Part shown: in pieces, positions 1-16,019 of the stretch
Layout: each line of letters opens with the position of its first letter
Numbering within the stretch: position 1 is the stretch's first letter
Origin: Octopus vulgaris
Lineage: Eukaryota
Reading direction: 5' to 3'
NCBI GenBank assembly: GCA_951406725.2
Contig: OX597825.1
Location: 67,208,001-67,272,000, forward strand
DNA: 64,000 nt
Made by a program: the position numbers and the translations under genes
Notes under the pieces: generated by a model
What the model saw: only the letters and a program-made list of their open reading frames with translations
What the model was told of the DNA's origin: nothing
Database searches by the model: none

Positions 1-172
1 TGGAAGACTGTGTGACAAGTATGACCAGGAAAATAAAAAGAAGCGGTACGGAATGTCCGGTTTCGGAGCTGAACGCAGGGACAGAAGTTCACAAAGTAAA
101 AGAAAGGACAAAGAACTACAAACACAAAGGGATATGGAACCAAGGAAGCTGAGAAGATGAAGTAAGATATAA

Positions 173-215
<43 letters not shown>

Positions 216-240
216 TGATCCCATTACTCGATTCCTTATT

Positions 241-594
241 CGGTCGGTCAGGAGTCGGGACCCCCTTCGGTCATGACGCTGACCATGGGATTGCACCTAG
301 AAAGTTACCCTCCTAGTCACCAGTCTGGGCAAGATGGTTTATGGAAGACCAGCAGTCGCCCATGCATACCGGCCTCCCCTCTCTACGCCACCGGTGTTAT
401 CCAAGGGTAAGGCAAAGGAGCCGATACAGCTTGGCACCCGTGACGTCGCAACTCATTTCTACAGCTGAGTTATCTGGAGCAACGTGAAATAAAGTGTCTT
501 GCTCAAGAACGCAACACGCAGCCCGGTCCGGGATTCGAGCTCACAACCTCACGATCATAAGCTCGACGCTCTAACCACTGGGCCATACACCTTC
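241..594 (-). mobile_element. tRNA-derived SINE, family A, full length
   Basis: Minus strand begins GAAGGTGTATGGCCCAGTGGTTAGAGCG...GAGCTCGAATCCC (A/B boxes); perfect 15-bp TSD ACTCGATTCCTTATT at 226-240 and 595-609. Confidence 0.9.
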
Positions 595-1562
595 ACTCGA
601 TTCCTTATTACTTTATTGGTATCCGCTAGAATATAAATTCAAAACATTGTGGGATGTAATTACGTACTTGAATAGCGTTTCTGTCGTATCCCCAATTCAG
701 CTCCCTCACCGTCAATTCACGATGAAGCATTTCATATGATAGACATGTATTTCAACCCAACTTCTTTATCAATACTTCCTAAATGTCTCCTATGGAGTTA
801 TTTACTAGTCCTTTGGCAATTCTACCTATTTCTTAATGTTAGAGAATTACGTAGTAGTCGATATAACCTTCTTGATTCCTTTTAAAATGTTCCGTAATAA
901 AATGCAAATAATATCCACTTAGGATAAGACAGATCTGCTGACAAGATTGAAAATTTGGGCTTCCCTCGGTGTAATAAAATCAATTTGACAGTATTAACAG
1001 ATATTAAGCTATATGCCTTTATCAACACTTATTTTCCCGACTCATGAATCCGAAATATTTAAACACGTAATGAGACAGGCACTCCGAATATACAATATGT
1101 TTCCGAAAGCCTACGTTCTTTCCTTGCCAGCAGCGTTTTATTTCCCTTCCTTTTCTGGCTTTTTAATAGGCACATATTTTACATATGTTGCCATAAAATA
1201 CAGAATTGTTGAATGTCGTCAAAATATAACCAATATTTAATGGATTTTCGTTAAGAAGCTAGAAAGCTGATTTCTACAGGATAATGTGATATAGATTGTT
1301 GATTTCAGAAAAGTTTATGCAGTTAGACTTGCAGCTACGTGAATGATGATGTAAGGCTAACCGACCAAAACCTTGTCGTTTCGCATCATCGCCATAACTG
1401 AAATATGTGAATCAATACGTTTATCTCTCTGGGACTCAATCCACCTTTCTGCAGGTAAATACATGTTGAAGTTACTTCTCCCTAATAGACAGGGCGGGAC
1501 ATTAGTTTTTCTGAATTTTGCAGTGGTAAGTTCAAATACACTGGCAAACAAAACTTGAAAAG

Positions 1563-1945
1563 TACTCTCTCTTTACTCTTTACTCTCTGTTACTCTTTTA
1601 CTTGTTTCAGTCATTTTACTGCGGCCATGCTGGAGCACCGCCTTTAGTCGAGCAACTCGACCCCGGGACTTATTCTTTTTGTAAGCCCAGTACTTATTCT
1701 ATCGGTCTCTTTTTGCCGAACCGCTATGTAACGGGGACGTAAACACAGACACATACATACATATATATATATACATGTATACGACAGGCTTCTTTCAGTT
1801 TCCGTCTACCAGATCCACTCACAAGGCATTGGTCGGCCCGGGGCTATAGCAAAAGACACTTGCCCAAGATGCCACGCAGTGGGACTGAACCCGGAACCAT
1901 GTGGTTGGTTAGCAAGCTACTTACCACACAGCCACTCCTGCGCCT
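1563..1945 (-). mobile_element. tRNA-derived SINE, family B
   Basis: Head AGGCGCAGGAGTGGCTGTGTGGTAAG...GGTTCAGTCCC, internal (TA)/(TG) tract, (GTAAAAGA)n-like tail; about 10 copies in window. Confidence 0.9.
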
Positions 1946-2759
1946 TGTAATGAGTGTTCCATATAATATATCAACAATTGTATATAAAAAAAACAAAATT
2001 TTGGTTTTAATCTTATTAGTGACGAAAGTAAGTATACAAAGCGCTCTTTAATCAACAATAAAACCTGGGGTGTTCACTTAACTCGTCTAGATCTTACTTT
2101 GTGTTCTACACAATTAGGTTAATAATTGCTCTTTTACTCAATAGATTTTTACATTTATTCTAATAGTTTCCGTAATCTGAAGCGGGAATCTGATAAGCTT
2201 TAGCATGACTCCACTCTATAGTTTAGTAATTTGGAAATTATAATGCGGAGTAGGTGGGTAAAACTAGTACTATTTTTATTTACGTCTGAAACAATCTCAG
2301 ATCTTTCTAGATATAATTTATAACGATGACACAGAAGAAAATTTATTACAGTTGGCAACGATATGGTGTACGGTATGAAGACATTTTCCAAAGCATTACA
2401 ATATGTAATGACATAAAGCAAAATAGCTTCAAGCTGGAACTGACACCACTTTGTGAGCGCAGCTCGAAGGGACATACATCCTTTTATATGATGTTCATTA
2501 CTTGATGTATAGAAGGATAAAAGGAGGTTTTAAGCTCCTGTAGAAAACTTATAGTGAATTATTACCGAATATATCATTTGATCTAGTAACTAATGGTGGG
2601 ATTTCAAAACAGAACTGTGTAGCATATAAAATATAAGTCAGATAGTTGGTGCAGTAGATCTTAACTTAATCACGATGCCATAATCGATAATAGCAATAGT
2701 CTATGATACATCTATTTCTTTCAGATATTTCCCAAAAGACGTGTTCCAAATATTATGTA

Positions 2760-3755
<996 letters not shown>

Positions 3756-5027
3756 CCAGTATGACAACTCAACTGTAACGCACTCATGGTGATTTCATAT
3801 ATTAATGGCGTTTTTTTTTTACTAAAAAGAAAAAAAAGAAACACATGTACAATAACCGCACAACAATAGATTTCTTTTATTTTCAAACGTCAAGTTCTTT
3901 ATACGAGTTAATAGTAATCTAAAATTTATGATCGATATTTTTTGACCATTAATTTTATAAGCAATAAAAAGAATTCGTTGCATCGAGGAAGAAGGAATCT
4001 ATTTCTCTTCCTGTGAATGATTCAATAATCCTTCACATACATCTGCTGTCTCTCAAATAACAATTAAATCATGGCAAATAGCGCACTAAAGGTGTACACT
4101 TTTTATATAACATATACAGCTACAGAAACCTGACTATAGAGACAAGTATAGCTATAGTTGTTTTATTATTAAAATAAAGCCAAACACCTCAATCATTGTA
4201 AGCTTTCACTGGTACTGTCATCTTTATTATATTTTTGAATTAAACAATCTATTTTCCTGATACTCTAAATCAATCTTATGTCAAAAAGTGCAAAAGTCAA
4301 AATAATTATTTCCTATAAAATGTTTTCGTTTTGTTATATTATTATTATTACTACTACTACCCTGTTCGTCTAAAAATAAATCATCAGTTTAATTCCATTA
4401 TTGGAATAGGATCAACGACACACAAATGTCGTCAATCTCAGCTCACGTTTTCTAGTATTGCTTTTACCGATTGTCTATTCAAGACAATTACAATGAATGC
4501 GTAGATTAGTGGATCTGCATTTTCTTTCAATTCTACCTTCTACGATACAACATATTTTGGTTCAAATTTGTCTGACGCACGTTTCTACCGCATAGTAAAC
4601 TAGCAATTACATTTGCTTCCAGCTCTTTTCTACTATTTAGCATTCTATGCAACTTCATTCAAGGTCCGTCCACTGATATAGTCCGGAGCAACTACGTGTA
4701 TGTAGGCTTAGCTAACGTTCTTTTGCTAGGTTCATATAGCTTTGTGTGAAAAGAATGTGATGGGAAGATTTGAAAATCTGATAAGACAATATAAACGACA
4801 ACATGGTTGTAGTTTTTAAATCCATATCAGGTTTCTAAATCTCTTCACTACATTCTTTAAATTTTCATAGAATCCTAACCAGGAGAAAGTAAGTGGATGC
4901 AAAAAACAACTGCTATCTTTCTATGGAGTAGAAACGCACGCCGGGCAAATTTGAACCAAAATGTGGTGTGTAGTTGACTGTAGAAATAATAACACATTTA
5001 AAATGTGTTCCATCGTTATGACCCACC

Positions 5028-5063
<36 letters not shown>

Positions 5064-5379
5064 TTGTATTCTCTGGGTGTGATTTCAGTTCATAGATCAC
5101 TCGGGCTGTATATGCATTCTGGTTCTGACGGAAAGATTACATTATTACATGATGGAGGATAGTTAAGAGGAGAATAGACCTGGTTATAGACAGTGGAATG
5201 CATATAACATGGGATTTAATAGAGTATTTGTTCAAACATTCTGGGAATGTCATCGAACGCGAAATGCATCCCAAGATGTTTGGCGCGTACAACAGTCGAA
5301 AGAAGTCCAGTAAATATAAAGGAAGAAATTCAGTCGAATCCATAGCCACAAGTATTCAACAGGCGCGTAACGATGAGAG

Positions 5380-6620
5380 ACAAAGTTGAACACAGCGGAA
5401 TTCGAACTCATAATCGAAAAGACTAAGAAGAAATGCCGCGAAGGATCTGTCCTCTGTGCTAAGGATCCTCTCAGCTCGTCGCCTTAGAAGTGTTTTATAA
5501 ATAACCCTTTATAATATAGACAGAATATCTAGAATACACCTGAAATGTTTGCGGGTGTGGGGACTAGTTAATTACGCCGACGAAAGTAATTAGCTATAAC
5601 TTATTTCTATTGACCCCGAAATGATGAAATCCAAAGTTGACTCCCCATGCAATTTGAACTCAGAGCATAAAGCTGAAAAAATGCGTGCTAACAATGCTAT
5701 CACCTCGTCGCCTTAAGCTCATTTAGAAATAATAATTTCAAATTTTGTCAGAGAGCCAGCGGTTTTTGAAGGGAGTGGGAAGTCCATTACATCTAACTGG
5801 CTCCTATTTTATCAACCCTAAAGGGATGAAGACAAAATTGAAATTTGTAGAATTCGAACCCAGAACGAAGATGTACGGAATGCCGCAATGTATTTTCTCA
5901 GACGTGCTGACGGCTTTGACAATTCCCCGTCTAAAGCACATTTATAGAATATAAGTTTTAGCACAATGTCATCGATCTAAGGGGACGGATAAGTCGATTG
6001 CATCGACTCATGTGTTCATCTGGTATTTTATTTATCGACCCCGAAACGATGAAAAGTTAAGTCAACCTCGGCTGAACGTAAAGATGGACGAAATGCCGCT
6101 AAGCAGACGTATTAGCCATTCTGCGCGCTTACCGCCTCCAGCTTATTTATAAATAATCATTTCTATTAAAGCCACAAGGCCGGCAATTTGGGGTGGGGAG
6201 TGGACTAGTCGATTACATCGACCCCAGTGTTTCACTGGTACTTAAATTATCGGCGAGCTGGCAGAAACGTTAGCACGCCGGGCGAAATGCGTAGCCGTAT
6301 TTCGTCTGTCGTTACGTTGTGAGTTCAAATTCCGTCAAGGTCGACTTTGCCTTTCATCACTTTCGGGGTCGATAAATTAAGTATCAGTTACGCCCTGGGG
6401 TCGATGTAATCGACTTAATCCCTATGTCCGTCCTTGTTTGTCCCCTCTATGTTTAGCCCCTTGTGGGTAATAAAGAAATAGGTACTTAAATTATCCACCA
6501 CGAAAAGATGAAAAGGAAAGTCAGCCACAGCAGAATTTAAACTCAGAACGTAAATACGCACGAAATGCGGCAAAGTGTTTTATGAGGCGTGCTAACTATT
6601 TTTCCCGCTTGCCGCGTTTG
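5380..6620 (-). mobile_element. Head-to-tail cluster of about 5 decayed family D SINE copies
   Basis: Recurring degenerate ATCGACCCCGAAAGGATGAAAGGCAAAGTCGACCTCGGCGGAATTTGAACTCAG and CTCGTCGCCTT motifs at roughly 200-bp spacing. Confidence 0.75.
6252..6480 (+). mobile_element. Family D SINE, young copy nested antisense in an older D copy
   Basis: GGCGAGCTGGCAGAAACGTTAGC...GAGTTCAAATTCC...GCCTTTCATC...AAAGAAATA; 15-bp TSD GGTACTTAAATTATC at 6237-6251 and 6481-6495. Confidence 0.9.
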
Positions 6621-7529
6621 GCTTATTAATAAATAATAAACCACCAGTGACACTAGGTTATTGAAGAAATATACATCATATCCTGAAATTGCTTTATTTT
6701 ACGTGAATATACAAATGGAAATGGAAGTGTGGATGTGCATATGATATTTTACTGGGCAAGAATTAAGTACTGTAAAATAGAAGTAAAACGAAATTTCTAA
6801 TAAAAGTTCGAATTAAAATTTATATACTGGCGTGTGTCGTTCAATTACTATAAACAGCAATAAATCAGGTAAAATGTACTTTACATATACTCAGGGTATT
6901 TAACTTTCTTTCGGTTATTGCACAGCCACCGCATCAGTACATGGATACCATAAGTGAAAGTGTGTGCGTATGTGTTTACAAGCATACACATAAGCACATA
7001 TGCACAGGCGCTTAAGTAGCAAGTACATACATAGGTATATACACACATATGTATGAACCTTCGTCTGAAGAATTACGGGTATGCGATACAACCATATACA
7101 CACACACACGTGTGTGTGTGCGTTTGTGCGTTTGTGTGTGTGTGTTTGAGTGTTCATAGACATGTATACATGCATCATACAAATAGGTGCGTAACTTATA
7201 AATTATCCGCAGCCATATAATATAATCTAATGATACCAAAAATCATGGAAAATGTAAAATATTTTCGAATGTGAAAGAAAATTTCGGATACAAATGCGAA
7301 AAAGAAATTATTCGATAAAAATTTCTTCGCTAAAAGATATTAAATAACGAACAACAAAAACAAGCGGATAAGAAAATATCGTATATTAGATGTGTTATTA
7401 TAAAGACAGATAAGCAGAAAATTTAGAATATAGGAAAAGTTTTCGCATGTAATGAAAGGTGGGTTTTGGAAGGGAAGTCAAGGTTTAAAGAAAAATAAAG
7501 AAGCAGAAAGAAAGTGATATATATGTATG

Positions 7530-7589
<60 letters not shown>

Positions 7590-7609
7590 GTTCCTTTATA
7601 ATCTAAAAT

Positions 7610-8330
7610 ATTCTCTCATTCATTTTCTACACTGTTCTTCCATCTATCTAGTAGATTTGCGAAGCCCTTCTTCCAAACTTCATTTGTCCTTGACGAAAAA
7701 TACTCTTCCAGTACTGTTCTGACCTCGTCTACAGAATTCATATGTTGTTTCATTCCAAATTATTTTGAAGATTACGGAATAAATGATAATCAAGTCTGCC
7801 AATGTCCGGTGAATATGGTGTGTGGGGCATCGTTTCCCATTCAAATTGCACAGCCTTTGGTATGTCATCCTCGCCGTATGTGGCCGACCTTTATCCTGAT
7901 GGAAGAACACCTATAGTCTTGAGACCAAAGACAGTCGTTTTTCTTCTAGCGCTGACTTAAATGACTGGTTGAATAACCAAATCCAAGCTTCTCTGCAAGT
8001 TGCCCAACAGTTACCAGGGTATTTGTTTTCCACTACGCTTTGCAGGACGTCCTCGTCGAGCTCTGCAGATCTTCCAGGACGAGGCTCGTCTCCTAGGCTA
8101 TAGATTCCGGCTCGGAATTTCTGGAACCACTGTTGACACTAGCTTAGGGTTATTGTCCAATCCCCATATCCTACATTAATATTCCTCGCACTTTCCGTTG
8201 GGTTGTTACCTTTATTAACTCATAAAGCACAATATGCCGATATGCTCCTTTGTCACTTCCTTTATATCATTGACAAAATAACTGTTAAAATCGAACTGCA
8301 CTCTTCAAAACTTGTACTAAGAATAACATA
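7610..8330 (-). mobile_element. Internally deleted mariner transposase remnant
   Basis: Minus-strand translation gives QWFQKFRAG..SLGDEPRPGRS (HTH region), FHQDKGRPHTAR and a PPYSPD-like motif; frameshifts and stops. Confidence 0.85.
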
Positions 8331-8807
8331 CTTAGTTTTATACTAAGTTGATGCAGGTAGTCTATCCCGTCCCCCTCCGGCTTTTAGTTCATGCAATCGA
8401 AAAACCCTATTATTCATGGGATAACTCAATATTTTTATGTATAGATAAATGCATTGAAGAACAATGATTTGTATACATCCACAAACATACAAACCCGTAC
8501 TTCCATGTACACACACATGCATACGCACACAAACATGAATATATATAAACGCGTGTACATAATTCATGAATATATATGCATCCGTCATTTCACTGAGGTA
8601 TAATTTGCATATCGAAAACATACGTGGAGCATTGAACGCAATTCTTTTTATCTTATGCTAATTACTGAAGCGGTAGATGAACACGATTTTATGTTTCAGC
8701 AAACGACTATGTAATCCTAACAGTAAAACGCGTGTAGATATGTTTCATGAAGTGTAATATACCATATAGCTGAACTTTGTTAAAACTATATCTATATCTA
8801 ACAGTCG

Positions 8808-8860
<53 letters not shown>

Positions 8861-8863
<3 letters not shown>

Positions 8864-9208
8864 GGATGACCACTACGTAGGCATTCATATGCTAGAAGTA
8901 GATTCGCTAATGTCTTACCACTAAGAAAAGTATGTTCTCAAGAACATTTTAGCAAACGGCAGAACGTAAGCGAGCAAGACAAACAAAATACAGATTAATC
9001 ACAATCTAGTTTCGGTATTACCACTTACGTAATTACTTAAGTAATTGTCTGTAGCTCGTCAGTGTGATCGTCTTTGCAAATATAATTTGGAGAACTATAC
9101 AGGAGACGTCCGCATGAGATTGAACATGTATACAGTTTTACCATTTACACTTGGGGTTATAGCAGACCTACTTCTAGCATATGGATGTCCAGGTAGTGGT
9201 CATCCCTC
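8861..9208. mobile_element. MITE with imperfect TIRs of about 42 bp and GAG termini
   Basis: GAGGGATGACCACTAC...CATATGCTAGAAGTAG at 8861 is inverted at about 9168-9208; sits at the end of a (TA)n tract. Confidence 0.7.
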
Positions 9209-9406
9209 TTATATGTATGTAATATAATTTTTCTGTATCTTCAGATTTTAATATGCTGGACCACTAGTTTTAAATTGATATTAATCAAACTAATATTCAA
9301 TTTTTCACCCTTATTATTTTAAAATTATGCATACATACATACATACATACATACACACATAGAATTAAAATATGAACAGCAGTTTGCAATGTTTCACCGA
9401 AAAGGA

Positions 9407-9459
<53 letters not shown>

Positions 9460-9601
9460 ATGTAATGTATATGTATATGTATTTATGTATGTGTACATAT
9501 AAGTACATATATCAGCACACAAACATTTGTATGCAAATGAAATATTACTCTCAGATTTTGGCACAAGGCAAGTAGATTCTGGTCAGGGGTAAATCGATTA
9601 C

Positions 9602-9802
9602 GAGTCTAGGACATTTACCCCTCATGGACAATAAACACCCCCCAAGGACAATTGCTCTTGAAGGCAACAGATGATGATTTAAATCTCCTTTGAGAGGGGC
9701 TAATTAACCAAGGTGGGTAACTGTCTTAGGAGGTAGTTGTCGTCGGTAGGAATTATCGTATTGGGGAGTAATTGTCATCGGTGGGTAAGTGTCCTGGTAC
9801 TG
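9602..9802. mobile_element. Decayed MITE inserted into a family D SINE (about 9553-9950)
   Basis: AGGACATTTACCC / GGGTAAGTGTCCT inverted ends with subterminal GGACAAT repeats; 8-bp flanks TCGATTAC / TCGATAAC. Confidence 0.55.
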
Positions 9803-10234
9803 TCGATAACATCGATCCTAGTACTCAACTGGTATTATTTTATCGACCCTAAAAGGATGAATGGTACAGTCAACATCGGCGGAATTTAAACCCAGAACTT
9901 AATGACGAACGAAATGCTGCTAAGTATTTTGTAACGACACTTCCAGCTCTCACGTGCATTATTATGTACGCACATGCTGTATTAATGCATAAATGTAGAT
10001 GTGCAAAATAAGGTAGGGATTCTTCAAGTAGATGGAGTGGAAAGCCTTACAAATTTTAGGAAATATTACTTGAATGTTTTGTGTTATAAATTTTGGCAGT
10101 CTCTGATTAGGCAGCAGGCGTTTTGTTTTGCGATGGCAAGGTATCAATAGGTGATTCACTTAACTAATGCTTGTTGCATGATAAACCCTTTTTTTTCTGA
10201 CAGGTTCAAATGTAAAAGGAACCTAGACGAATTT

Positions 10235-10468
10235 ATATTCTTTATTGCCCACAGGGGGCTAAACATAGCGGAGAAAAACAAGGACAAACAAGGGGATTAA
10301 GTCGATTATATCAACCCCAGTGATTTACTGGTACTTATTTAATCGACCCCGAAATGATAAAAGGCAAAGTCAACCTCGGCAGAATTTGAACTCAGAACGT
10401 AACGGCAGACCAAACACCGCTAGGCATTTCGCCCGGCGTGCTAACGTTTCTGCCAGCTCGCCGCCTTA
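10235..10468 (-). mobile_element. Family D SINE, 3' half of an A+D composite
   Basis: Full-length match to the other D copies. Confidence 0.9.
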
Positions 10469-10725
10469 AATAATGTTCAAGTGACTGAGCTCTACACAGA
10501 CACGTGTACCCTTAACGTAGTTCGCAAGAAGATTCAGCGTGACACAGAGTGTGACAAGGTTGGCCCTTTTTTGAAATACAGGTACTACTCATTTTTGCCA
10601 GCTGAGTGGACTGGAGCAACGTGAAATAAAGTGCCTTGCTCAAGAACACAACGCGTCGCCAGGAATCGAACTCACAACCTTACGATCATGAGCCGAATGC
10701 CCTAACCACTAAGCCACGCACCCTC
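10469..10725 (-). mobile_element. Family A SINE head and body, 5' half of an A+D composite
   Basis: Shares head and CTGGAGCAACGTGAAATAAAGTG.CTTGCTCAAGAAC with 241-594. Confidence 0.85.
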
Positions 10726-10898
10726 AGGAACCTAGTCGAATTGCTACGCCAACAACACGGTTGCTCGCAGTATAAGACTCGATGAATTTGTTGTCTCAGA
10801 AACTAAAAACCCTTCGACAACGCAGTTCTCTGTTCTGCATAACGTCTTGGCCAACGTATTCTTTCTATGACATATATTTCTCATTTTATTTATTATAT

Positions 10899-11190
10899 CA
10901 CGTGATCACGTGACCGACCAGACCACCAGATGTTGCTACACATCGCTGGTCACAATGCGTTTGCATTGCTTTTAGCCTTCGAATGACGCCACCCCGCTGG
11001 CTAAGCGAGCAGGCCAACAGACGAAAGAGTGAGAGAAAGAGTGGTGAAAGAGTACAGCAGGGATCACTACCCCCTGCCGGAGCGTCGTGGAGCTTTTAGG
11101 TGTTTTCGCTCAATAAACACGCACAACACCCGGTCTGGGAATCGAAACCGCGAGTCCGCTGCCCTAACCACTGGGCCATTGCGCCTCCAC
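10899..11190 (-). mobile_element. tRNA-derived SINE, family C
   Basis: Head GGAGGCGCAATGGCCCAGTGGTTAGGGCAGCGGACTCG; 11-bp TSD ATTTATTATAT at 10888-10898 and 11191-11201. Confidence 0.88.
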
Positions 11191-11227
11191 ATTTATTATA
11201 TATTGAATTTATTTCTTTTATTATATA

Positions 11228-11613
11228 CTAGCAGTATCGCCCGGCGTTGCTCGGGTTTGTAAGGGAAATAACTATATAAGCATTTTTAGAGAGTTATAGC
11301 CAAAAAATAGCAAAAAAATGCATTAAAAATGGAAAATAAATTATGGTAAATTTTTATAAAAATCGTTGACTCATCGTAGACATTTTTAGAGAGTTACTTC
11401 CCTTATATAATAGCGAAAAAAATGAATTAAAATGGAAAAAAATGATGGTAAAATCGTAGACTCATCGTAGACGCGCGCTAATACCCAGAAGGGCTCGATA
11501 TGAATCACGACAATAAGATACCCGGTTTTGGTTAAACTGCACCGCAAAATGTGGGAGTAGTTAGGAATCTAAATCATAGTAGACAGACACACAACCTCTC
11601 TTTTATATATAAA
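11228..11613 (-). mobile_element. Non-autonomous Helitron
   Basis: 3' hairpin CCCGAGCAACGCCGGG then CTAG|T; no TSD; second copy at 58675-59062. Confidence 0.85.
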
Positions 11614-11981
11614 TATTTTTACATTGATAAGCATTCTTTTTACGAAATATGTTTAATATGTTTCTAATAAAATATTGATTTATTTTTTTCTTCTGTATTC
11701 CTACTTTTGTAAGTTCTTGGTTCTTGTTTTGTAGTAAACGAAACGTTTTGAAACATAAACGAGTTTTTTTTTATCTTTGATACAATTATATCACCATATA
11801 TTACATATAATTGAATTACGTAGGACTGCAGGCACGCATATGTTATATATACATAAACACACACACACACATGTGCATGATACGTATTTATATGATACGT
11901 ACACTCAGAATACAAATATGTAAATGTGTATGTGTATACATACACCCACACATACACATATATGTATATATATATATGTAT

Positions 11982-12141
11982 AGGGGCAGGTGTGGCTGTG
12001 TGGTAAAAAGCTTCCTTCCTAATTACATGGTTACGGGTTCAATGCCATCGCGTGGCACCTTGCATAAATGTATTCTAATAGAGCCTCGGATTATAGTTGA
12101 AGTGAGTGGATTTGGTAGAAAGAAACTGAAAGCAGCCTGTC

Positions 12142-12184
<43 letters not shown>

Positions 12185-12358
12185 GTGTGTGCGTGTATAT
12201 ATGTATGTATGCATGTATATATGTATTTGTGTGTTTGTGTTTCTTTCCCCACCATCGCTTGACAACAGGGTTAGTGTGTTTACCTCTCTGCTCGGCAAAA
12301 AGAGAACGATAGAATAAGTACCAGGCCGCAGTCAAACGACTGAAACAAGTAAAAGAAT
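11982..12358 (+). mobile_element. Family B SINE, diverged
   Basis: Similarity to the other B copies. Confidence 0.8.
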
Positions 12359-12621
12359 ATATATACATACACACAGAGAACCAAAAACACACACACGCAC
12401 ACACACATATATATTAATGTTCCTTTTTCCTTTCAAGTTATATAGAAGTAGCATCTTATCTTTTGCAGGACTACTCAATAGCGTTAGCAAGTTACATATT
12501 CCTAAAGTATTTACAAGCAGAGTGTTGGCAGGAATTTTCGGGCTTCTGATTGCTTCAATTTGACAAAGATGACAATGTCAAATCTATAAAGACATTCCCT
12601 TTTCTTTGTAACACTTTATTA

Positions 12622-14280
<1,659 letters not shown>

Positions 14281-14475
14281 GGGAGAATTCACAAAGAAAA
14301 AACGAAAGACGAAGAGAGGTGGTGTAGTCAACAAACAGATGTATTAGTATAACGCTCGGAAAGTGAAGAAGTCTTTAACGTTTCGCGCCTACGCTCTTCC
14401 ACAGAAAGGAACACAGAAAGAAACAAAGAGAGAAAATAAGGAATGTGTAGTGGCTAGCGATATATCCTGGCGAAT
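14281..14475 (-). mobile_element. Short Penelope-type terminal fragment with hammerhead-like motif (about 14373-14408)
   Basis: Minus strand CUUU-CUGUGGA-A-GAGC GUAG GCGC-GAAAC-GUU-AAAG; 3' end abuts (TA)n. Confidence 0.55.
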
Positions 14476-14486
14476 GTATATATATA

Positions 14487-14854
14487 TTACTCTTTTACTC
14501 TTTTACTCTTTTACTTGTTTCAGTCATTTGACTGCGGCCATGCTGGAGCACCGCCTTTAGTCGATCAAATCGACCCCGTGACTTTGTAAGCCCAGTACTT
14601 ATTCTATCGGACTCTTTTGCCGAACCGCTAAGTGACGGAGACGTAAACACACCAGCATCGGTTGTCAAGCAATGCTAGGGGTACAAATACAAACACCCCC
14701 CCACATATATACATATACATATATACGACAGGCTTCTTTCAGTTTCCGTCTACCAAATCCACTCACAAGGCATTGGTCGGCCTGGGGCTATAGCAGAAGA
14801 CACTTGCCCAAGATGCCACGCAGTGGGACTGAACCCGGAACCATGTGGTTGGTT
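14487..14854 (-). mobile_element. Family B SINE with 5' end interrupted
   Basis: Near-identical to 1563-1945 and 37263-37695. Confidence 0.9.
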
Positions 14855-14864
14855 AGGCAGGGTA

Positions 14865-15650
14865 TACAGGGGACTGCTGAAGTAGGCATACAGTGAGCAT
14901 TATAATAGTATTATATAACAAGAGTGCTAAGATTAATTTAATACTAGAATTCATTTAATTCATTAAGATCATCATTACTATTTATAATATTTCTATTGTC
15001 ACAATTTTTTCTATAACACATCTGTTATTTGCAGGTAAATGGGAAATTTAACGATAGCTTATAATTTAATAGAGGAATGCAAAGGGATTTTGAAACGGTG
15101 TGGAAGACAGAGTATAGTGAACGTGTGCAAGAGCAGCAGCGAAAAATATTTGCATCGCTTGTACCCTGGAGGCTAACGATTTACTGCATACGTAACAAAT
15201 TTGCTCGAACGGCGTCTATTCACAACTCGTGAATGATTGGTCGACGAGTCACCATGACTCAGATATCAAAACACAGGACGTCATCTGAATTGAGCATTGA
15301 ACGCAGATCTTTCGGTCGCTTGATGCACCACGTTGGACTGAAAATGTACGTGGCTTATTGGAGGATGACTCAGATCGGCGTTTACAATTATGGGAAACCA
15401 TCCTGAACGCGGAAGGAGAAGGTGATAGCTTTCTGCGAAAATGCGTGTGGTCCGATGAAGCAAGCTTTAAGCTATCGGACACCTTTAATCGGCACAAGTG
15501 CGTGTACTACGCAACTGAAAACCCTAAAGCCCCGATTGAGAAACAGCTCAATTAACCTGGAGTAACAGTGTGGGTTGGCTTGCCCTGCAAATGTGTTGTT
15601 GGACCTATCATTCTACAGAAGTCTGTTGATCAACACATGTATGTGAACAC
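14865..15650 (+). mobile_element. Tc1/mariner-superfamily transposase remnant
   Basis: Starts TA|CAGGGG; translation EDDSDRRLQLWE..CVWSDEASFKLSDTFNRHKCVYYATENP..GVTVWVG..VGP; disrupted. Confidence 0.85.
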
Positions 15651-16019
15651 GTGTGTGTATGTGTGTGTATGTCTCTATGTATGTGCGTGCGTGTGCGTGT
15701 GTGTAGATTTGAGACACTTTAATATATAAAACAAATGAAATTATATAAAACTATTTCTAATAGGAAATACATGGTATCTAAAACATCGAAAATTGCCATG
15801 ATAATAGTAATTACAATCATATTTCGTTTTAAGTTTAATCTAATTTTTTTTATTGATTGCTTTATTTATTTCTTTTCCTATAAACGATATTATTGTATAT
15901 TGAAATCCATTGTTCAATTACCGCAGCGGCAGGAGAAAGAAGGAAATACCCAATAGTTAACCTGTCAGCCGAAATTCGTCATTTTCTCCGCGAAAAGAAA
16001 AATAGAAATACAAAAATAA

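Noticed and set aside
1-170. Purine-rich stretch ending in GTAAG, a possible exon
   Set aside because: All three plus frames contain stops before the putative donor and no recognisable protein is seen
1860-2051. Recurring peptide PKMPRSGTEPGTMWLV in several ORFs
   Set aside because: Antisense reading of the family B SINE head, not a gene family
10899-11613. Family C SINE next to a Helitron at two loci (also 58260-59062), a possible composite
   Set aside because: Relative orientation, spacer and SINE tail all differ between loci, so adjacency is likely coincidental
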